Source of the DNA: a virus
Lineage: Duplodnaviria; Caudoviricetes
IMG/VR virus record: IMGVR_UViG_3300042922_000648
Coordinates: 1-40,012 of that record
Length of the DNA stretch: 40,012 nt
Direction: 5' to 3' (one strand)
The translations under genes and the position numbers were made by a program. The notes under the pieces were generated by a model, which searched no databases, was not told the DNA's origin, and saw only the letters and a program-made list of their open reading frames with translations. Shown here piece by piece: positions 35,435-40,012 of this stretch (positions are counted from its first letter, which is position 1; every line of letters begins with the position of its first letter).

Positions 35435-35691
35435 AATTCACCACCGTTTTGAGTATTCGAGTTGGAAAGAACGCGGAGAGCCATCTGACCACTCTGCGTT
35501 ACACTATCTTTTTCTCACCACATATCTGAATGTTCTGGTGTATCAATCCAATTCCACCTAAATACTGTTAATTAAATTCCCTTCAGTACTAATTGTGTGT
35601 AACTGATAAATCACCTTAAATAATTGATCTCATAATATTTCTTGAATATAAGTCATTTTGAGTTCATCATGACCCGTTTAAAGAGAGTTGA

Positions 35692-36246
35692 CTACAGCTC
35701 GAAATCGTCTAAAGCATCGTCTAAGGTGTCCTGGTGGATGCCTACATACCTCAAAGTCACGCTTTCTTCTGTGTGGTTGAACAAATCCATCAGTAACACG
35801 ATGTCCTTCTTTTCATTGTAGAAGTTGTACCCGAAGGTTTTTCTCATGGAGTGCGTACCGATATCCGGAAGGCCGAACTCAGCTGCAGCCTCGCGGATGA
35901 TCTTATAGGCCATGCTGCGGGTGATTGGCTGTGGCTTCCGGCTTCCTTTTCGGTTCCTGCTGGGGAATAGCAGATCTCCATCCCTTTTGTTGGATATATA
36001 TACATCCAGGTCTTTGCGGAGCGCCTTGCGGATTGGAACTTTCTTGACCTTCCCTGTTTTCTGCTCCCGGATTGTGATATGTGTCCCTTTAACGTCCAGT
36101 ACCGTGAGAGGAAGAATGTCTGAGATGCGGTAGCCGGTATTGATTCCGATTTGAAATAAGATGTAATTACGATGGCTTTGACTCCTTAGGTGTTTTTGAA
36201 TCGAAGATAGCTTCACTGGATCTCGAATCGGTTGGACAAATTTCAT
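35692..36246 (-). CDS. Small tyrosine recombinase (catalytic domain only)
   Basis: MKFVQPIRD; GINTGYRISDIL, EQKTGK, GTHSMRKTFGY, FNH, TLRYVG. Confidence 0.92.
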   Translation of the reverse strand: MKFVQPIRDPVKLSSIQKHLRSQSHRNYILFQIGINTGYRISDILPLTVLDVKGTHITIREQKTGKVKKVPIRKALRKDLDVYISNKRDGDLLFPSRNRKGSRKPQPITRSMAYKIIREAAAEFGLPDIGTHSMRKTFGYNFYNEKKDIVLLMDLFNHTEESVTLRYVGIHQDTLDDALDDFEL

Positions 36247-36356
36247 CAGTCTAGCACCTCTCAAATTGATTTTTAATAAAAGCAAAAAAGCGCCAGACTT
36301 GGCGCATCATAAGTGATAAAATTTGAGAAAAACCTACCTTTTGGAGATGATATCCT

Positions 36357-36617
36357 TTGGATAATTCTATTTATGATGGTCTTTTTGTTCAATATGGACA
36401 GCTGAAGATTAAAGATTTGTCTTGGTATGATACTTATTTATTAAAAAACGAATCAGATGTGGCAAAAATTCATATTCCAAAAGATGTTCACTTATCTTTG
36501 ATGGTTACTTTGAATGGACAGCCCTATTCTCTAAAAAAAGGAAATTGTTTGTGGCTCGATCCTGTACTTATTGCAATGAAGTTAATCGATCCAAGTCGTT
36601 TTCCGCTCAATTTTTAA
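36357..36617 (+). CDS. AT-rich hypothetical protein oriented against the operon (moron-like)
   Basis: 86 aa; GGAG RBS. Confidence 0.5.
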   Translation: MDNSIYDGLFVQYGQLKIKDLSWYDTYLLKNESDVAKIHIPKDVHLSLMVTLNGQPYSLKKGNCLWLDPVLIAMKLIDPSRFPLNF

Positions 36618-36789
36618 TCATAATAACCATTTCTGATTTCTCAGTCTTGGCGCATTGAGGCAGTATGCACATTTGCTTGCTGCCAGTCCAGTTGCCCCAT
36701 ACACAGCCCCTGCATTTGTCTGGTTGCAAATTAGAAGTTACAGGGATCGGAGGTTCTTTCTGAGTCCACTTAATAACCACAGGAATCAC
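36607..36789 (-). CDS. Small Cys-containing hypothetical protein
   Basis: QPDKCRGCVWGNW...C.LPQC. Confidence 0.55.
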   Translation of the reverse strand: MIPVVIKWTQKEPPIPVTSNLQPDKCRGCVWGNWTGSKQMCILPQCAKTEKSEMVIMIKN

Positions 36790-36804
36790 CTTGCCCTCTA
36801 TATT

Positions 36805-37446
36805 CTATTCTTCGAAAGCAGACCATTCTTCCAGGTTGATTCGGTACTGTAGTTTCTTGCAACGGCCAGCACCTTCATTTTTTAGAATAAGTTCAAGAAT
36901 GCCGAGTATTTCTAGACTGGCGGATATTTCTCTAATAGCTAATCTGCGCTTGTAGGCAAATGTGCTTGCTGGTATTACACCCAACTTACTTGAATAGCCT
37001 TTACTAAGATATTCAAGAGTCTCTTTGTGACGAACGCCCTTGATAAAGAGCATTTGGGCGATTGTTTTAGCTTGTTGGTCTACGATACTATCAATGACAA
37101 TATGGATGATTTCAGATAACTGTTTATATAGTGAATATATCGCAGCCCTTTTGTGTTTCAAAACAACCGTGTTTGCCGTAACGTCTCTATAGAGTTCTCT
37201 GCCGTGTTCGTGTCCTGCTTGTCCGTAGGCATTTGATATATCATCCTGAGAAAGAGATGATTGTTTTGTGCTCTCGACCTTTTCATAGTCACGGATTATG
37301 GTGATCATCGTTGGATGAAACTTCAGGAGAAATTCAGCCTTTTTCTCATTTTCACTCAACACATACAGTTTACGTCCTTCTTCGTCTATTAGAGAAAGAC
37401 TGCTTTCATCAGCAAGATTGCGCTCATCATCAATTAACGAAGACAT
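36805..37446 (-). CDS. ArpU-like late transcription regulator (paralog 4)
   Basis: LL.FHPTM..IIRDYE...I..+D...K.I...LFIKG...STFAYKRRLAIREISASLEILGILE; GGAGG RBS. Confidence 0.65.
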   Translation of the reverse strand: MSSLIDDERNLADESSLSLIDEEGRKLYVLSENEKKAEFLLKFHPTMITIIRDYEKVESTKQSSLSQDDISNAYGQAGHEHGRELYRDVTANTVVLKHKRAAIYSLYKQLSEIIHIVIDSIVDQQAKTIAQMLFIKGVRHKETLEYLSKGYSSKLGVIPASTFAYKRRLAIREISASLEILGILELILKNEGAGRCKKLQYRINLEEWSAFEE

Positions 37447-37712
37447 TCGCCGCCTCCTCTCAATTCTCTTCAAACTGATTCATGTATAAATCATAAACTC
37501 AGTATTCTTCGCTCTCATTGCGTACTTACTGCGGATTTGAGAGATTCATACTGAACCGTTCAATAGGTCGGGTTCAGGTTGAACCTGAGAGTAGAATGAT
37601 CGTTATTCGCACTAAAAAACCGGATGCGGTGATTAACCGAATCCGGCACAAATGGGGTATGTTAAACATACGTCATATTCGGTCATGGTGATTCGCCATG
37701 TCCGGAATTTAT

Positions 37713-37928
37713 CTACTCTTCAAACAGTATCTCTACAGACTTAACATCACGATAGTTCCTTTTGATCACACTTCCATCCGGTGCTGTGAATTCAATGGGA
37801 TAGTAGTCCATCTTTGCCGCTATGATTGTTGCTATAAAATCAACGCCATTTGGTGTCTTCTCGTTATCGCTTAACGGAACCGCAAGCCTCATTCCATCCT
37901 TGAAGTTGTGAACTAGTTGAATATTCAA
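37713..37928 (-). CDS. Hypothetical protein
   Basis: 71 aa; GGGGGTG RBS. Confidence 0.6.
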   Translation of the reverse strand: MNIQLVHNFKDGMRLAVPLSDNEKTPNGVDFIATIIAAKMDYYPIEFTAPDGSVIKRNYRDVKSVEILFEE

Positions 37929-37982
37929 TGTCTCACCCCCTTGGATATTTCATACTCCTGGTTGTCGCTCGGAGTACAGTCT

Positions 37983-38120
37983 TCATTGGTTATCTCCTTT
38001 CTTATCATTCCCAAACCTGATGTTTATTCGGCCTCCAAGGATCATCACCCCAGCTAACGTCCCCGCCGCCAGGGAACCTATAGTTGCGAATACCAAAATT
38101 ATTAAATAATAGAGGTGCAT
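37983..38120 (-). CDS. Small membrane peptide, 45 aa (not in ORF track)
   Basis: MHLYYLIILVFATIGSLAAGTLAGVMILGGRINIRFGNDKKGDNQ. Confidence 0.45.
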   Translation of the reverse strand: MHLYYLIILVFATIGSLAAGTLAGVMILGGRINIRFGNDKKGDNQ

Positions 38121-38125
38121 GATTT

Positions 38126-38320
38126 TTAGTCCCCCCCTGCCGCAGCTTCCAATTCTTCCGCAAATTCATCTTTCACAAAGCCCATGGCATCATGATAACC
38201 GGCAATGGCTCCCTCGCTATATTCACTGCCGTTACCTTTTGTCTGGTGCATTTCGATCCGTTCCTCGCACCGCTTAAAGATAAATTCCAGCTGGTCAAGC
38301 AAATTCGTTCTCAGTTTCAT
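38126..38320 (-). CDS. Hypothetical protein
   Basis: 64 aa; GGAGG RBS; YSEGAIAGY.DA. Confidence 0.6.
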   Translation of the reverse strand: MKLRTNLLDQLEFIFKRCEERIEMHQTKGNGSEYSEGAIAGYHDAMGFVKDEFAEELEAAAGGD

Positions 38321-38399
38321 TCGATAATCCTCCCCGGAATATTATTTGGATTGCTGTTTTCGTTATCGATCCAAAGAACCGCAAGTTTCAATTTCCAGG

Positions 38400-38954
38400 C
38401 TACTTCCTTCCTATCTTGAAATTCTCCGCAACTTCATCAAGCTTAAAGACATCCTCTGGAATGAGTTCTAAAATACCAAGAATTTTCAGGCTTAATGTAA
38501 TTCTGTTCAAACCCTTCCGCCTTCTTTCTGCAAAAGTCCCGCCGAATATCGGATCTAAGCCTTCTTCTGGATGTTCTCCCATGTTGTGTGCAGCCTCGGT
38601 AAAGGTCTGTCCATCAATATACATCAGCTCAAGGACTTTTCTTTCATGAGGGTTTTGAAGACTTTTGATTAGTTCAGGTATAAAAAGCGTTAACACTTTG
38701 TAGGAACTATACCGCTTCCCTCCTTCGCTCTTCGATGCAGCAAATGCGATAAGAGATTTGGAACTACCTCCTCCAGATTGCGTAAGTAAATGCGCGCCGG
38801 TTGCTTCATAATCATTAACAATCTTCAGCACAGGGATGTACGATTCAAGAAACTTCACTGTCAATTCAACATCTTCCTTCTTCAACGATGTATTGATTCC
38901 AACTATTCCGCGGAGTGCGCCGTCTAAGTCCATTGCGAGTCGAAGAAAACTCAT
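38400..38954 (-). CDS. ArpU-like regulator (paralog 3)
   Basis: FLESY..VLKIVNDYE...NPHERKVLELMYIDG...TFAERRRKGLNRITLSLKILGILE. Confidence 0.65.
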   Translation of the reverse strand: MSFLRLAMDLDGALRGIVGINTSLKKEDVELTVKFLESYIPVLKIVNDYEATGAHLLTQSGGGSSKSLIAFAASKSEGGKRYSSYKVLTLFIPELIKSLQNPHERKVLELMYIDGQTFTEAAHNMGEHPEEGLDPIFGGTFAERRRKGLNRITLSLKILGILELIPEDVFKLDEVAENFKIGRK

Positions 38955-39044
38955 AATAATCCTCCTATTTTAAATATGTTTGTTTTATACGTTGTTATCC
39001 GAATTATCGGTAAGGAAAATTTTCCTTTTTCGGAATTGTGGACT

Positions 39045-39605
39045 TTATCCTTTTGGGATTTTATCGACTTCCATACCAAGTTCAAGGATTCCTTCTGGTA
39101 TTACTTCTAATATCCCAACAATTTTAAGGCTTTTCGCTATCCTTCTAACCCCCCGTCTTTTGTGTTCGTAATATGTCGAGCCTTGGATGGCCGGATATCC
39201 TGTTTTTTCTTCATCCTGTAACAAAGTAATCGCTACACGATCTTTCGCTCCTTCGAAATAGCGCTTTTGAATTGCGAGCCTCTCATAGGGGAAGTACAGG
39301 CCGTCCACTAATGACTGTATAAAATCTGTGATCACTTTACAGGCTTTATATTCCTTTGCCCCTTTACTTTTAGAAGCCGTAAGTGCCAACAATGTCTTAG
39401 GTGCTTTTGAATCAAATTGAAGCAATAAGTGCGCACCAGTCGCCTCGTAATCAAGAACGACCTTTTTCATTGCCGGGTAAGCTTTTAGTAGCTTATTCGT
39501 AAGTTCAACATCTGTTTTTGTAATTTTAGTTTTACATTTAGAGGCTTCCGTCAATATGACGATAACCTCAGCAAGAGACAAATTAGAATCTATCGTTGTA
39601 TTCAT
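39045..39605 (-). CDS. ArpU-like regulator (paralog 2)
   Basis: LLKAYPAMKKVVLDYE...PYERLAIQKRYFEG...STYYEHKRRGVRRIAKSLKIVGILE. Confidence 0.7.
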   Translation of the reverse strand: MNTTIDSNLSLAEVIVILTEASKCKTKITKTDVELTNKLLKAYPAMKKVVLDYEATGAHLLLQFDSKAPKTLLALTASKSKGAKEYKACKVITDFIQSLVDGLYFPYERLAIQKRYFEGAKDRVAITLLQDEEKTGYPAIQGSTYYEHKRRGVRRIAKSLKIVGILEVIPEGILELGMEVDKIPKG

Positions 39606-39623
39606 CTCACTCTTCCTCTCGTC

Positions 39624-39885
39624 TTAAACTTTCACCGATTTTTTTCTTGGAGGGATGTTGTATTTCAAGTCCCCTCTGTGAAGTTTGGTTATTTCTCCAG
39701 ACATTTCTTGTAGAACCCCTATGATATTCAGACTGAGTGCGATACTAGCGAGCGCTTTGTTTCTCCGCTCTGCAAATGTAGTTTTGCTAATAGGGTTTAG
39801 TTCTCTGTTGTATCCCGCCCCCATGTACATGGCCGCATTTTTATACGGAATTCCTTCGATATATAGTTTTTGCATGATTAAGCGT
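39624..39885 (-). CDS. 3' part of the ArpU-like regulator (paralog 1) that starts at 284
   Basis: NPYERLIMQKLYIEG...TTFAERRNKALASIALSLNIIGVL. Confidence 0.7.
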
Positions 39886-40012
39886 TCGTAGGGGTTGGAC
39901 AGATTGTTAATTATCGAAAGAGTAAAGTCAGTGATAGATTTGTAAAATTGATATGCATCAGAGACATTCAAGTCCTCAATTGTTAATGAACCACTTTCTG
40001 CCGCTGCCTCAA
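39886..40012. repeat. 127-bp exact terminal duplication of 1-127 (circularisation/assembly overlap)
   Basis: TCGTAGGGGTTGGAC...GCCGCTGCCTCAA is identical at 1-127 and 39886-40012, and falls inside a gene. Confidence 0.95.

Larger units (their letters stand above)
1..39885. mobile_element. Complete circular temperate phage genome (siphovirus-type gene set), excised/attP form
   Basis: Terminase, portal, capsid, tail, integrase, cI/cro and replication modules are all present. The ends overlap by 127 bp, and an ORF reads in frame across the junction. Confidence 0.93.

Noticed and set aside
16290-35561. Numerous plus-strand and out-of-frame ORFs overlapping structural genes (e.g. 20628..21095, 31800..32309, 33282..33479, 35034..35561)
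   Set aside because: They are shadows of long well-supported genes and have no recognisable motifs.
37933-37986. 17-codon minigene MKTVLRATTRSMKYPRG with AAAGGAG RBS
   Set aside because: Too short to support; it may only be a coupling remnant of a deleted gene.
39886-40012. 127-bp terminal repeat as a biological direct terminal repeat
   Set aside because: It falls mid-gene and its length equals a common assembler k-mer, so it is best read as a circular contig overlap.
1-40012. CRISPR array, tRNA, rRNA, IS element, diversity-generating retroelement
   Set aside because: No repeat-spacer periodicity, cloverleaf, transposase or reverse transcriptase motif was seen by eye.

Overview
The window is an apparently complete, circular temperate siphophage genome of about 39,885 bp. 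Bases 1-127 recur exactly at 39886-40012, which looks like an assembly overlap. The host is probably a Paenibacillus-like Bacillota (inferred from gene style, not confirmed). Modules: replication (initiator, helicase loader, DnaB-type helicase); early genes and antirepressor; a cI/cro switch with five GGTATT-N3-AATACC operators; a tyrosine integrase followed by an intact attP carrying the 3' end of host sufB; an accessory region; holin and XhlA but no recognisable endolysin; tail, head and packaging genes; a second small tyrosine recombinase; and four paralogous ArpU-like regulators. The most striking feature is a kinase-less Agr-like peptide signalling operon (10755-12395): a membrane-only sensor, AgrB, an unannotated 39-aa AgrD with predicted ring SLLYV, and a LytTR-only regulator. 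A type I hammerhead ribozyme lies upstream of it. Other notable non-coding features are tandem H-type pseudoknots between two terminators in the packaging operon, a four-copy AGGAAAA-N-TTTCCTTA palindrome, a PRE-like promoter antisense to cro, an antisense sRNA/RBS switch, and a candidate +1 frameshift in the tail chaperone. All protein calls come from motif recognition and gene order; no database searches were run.
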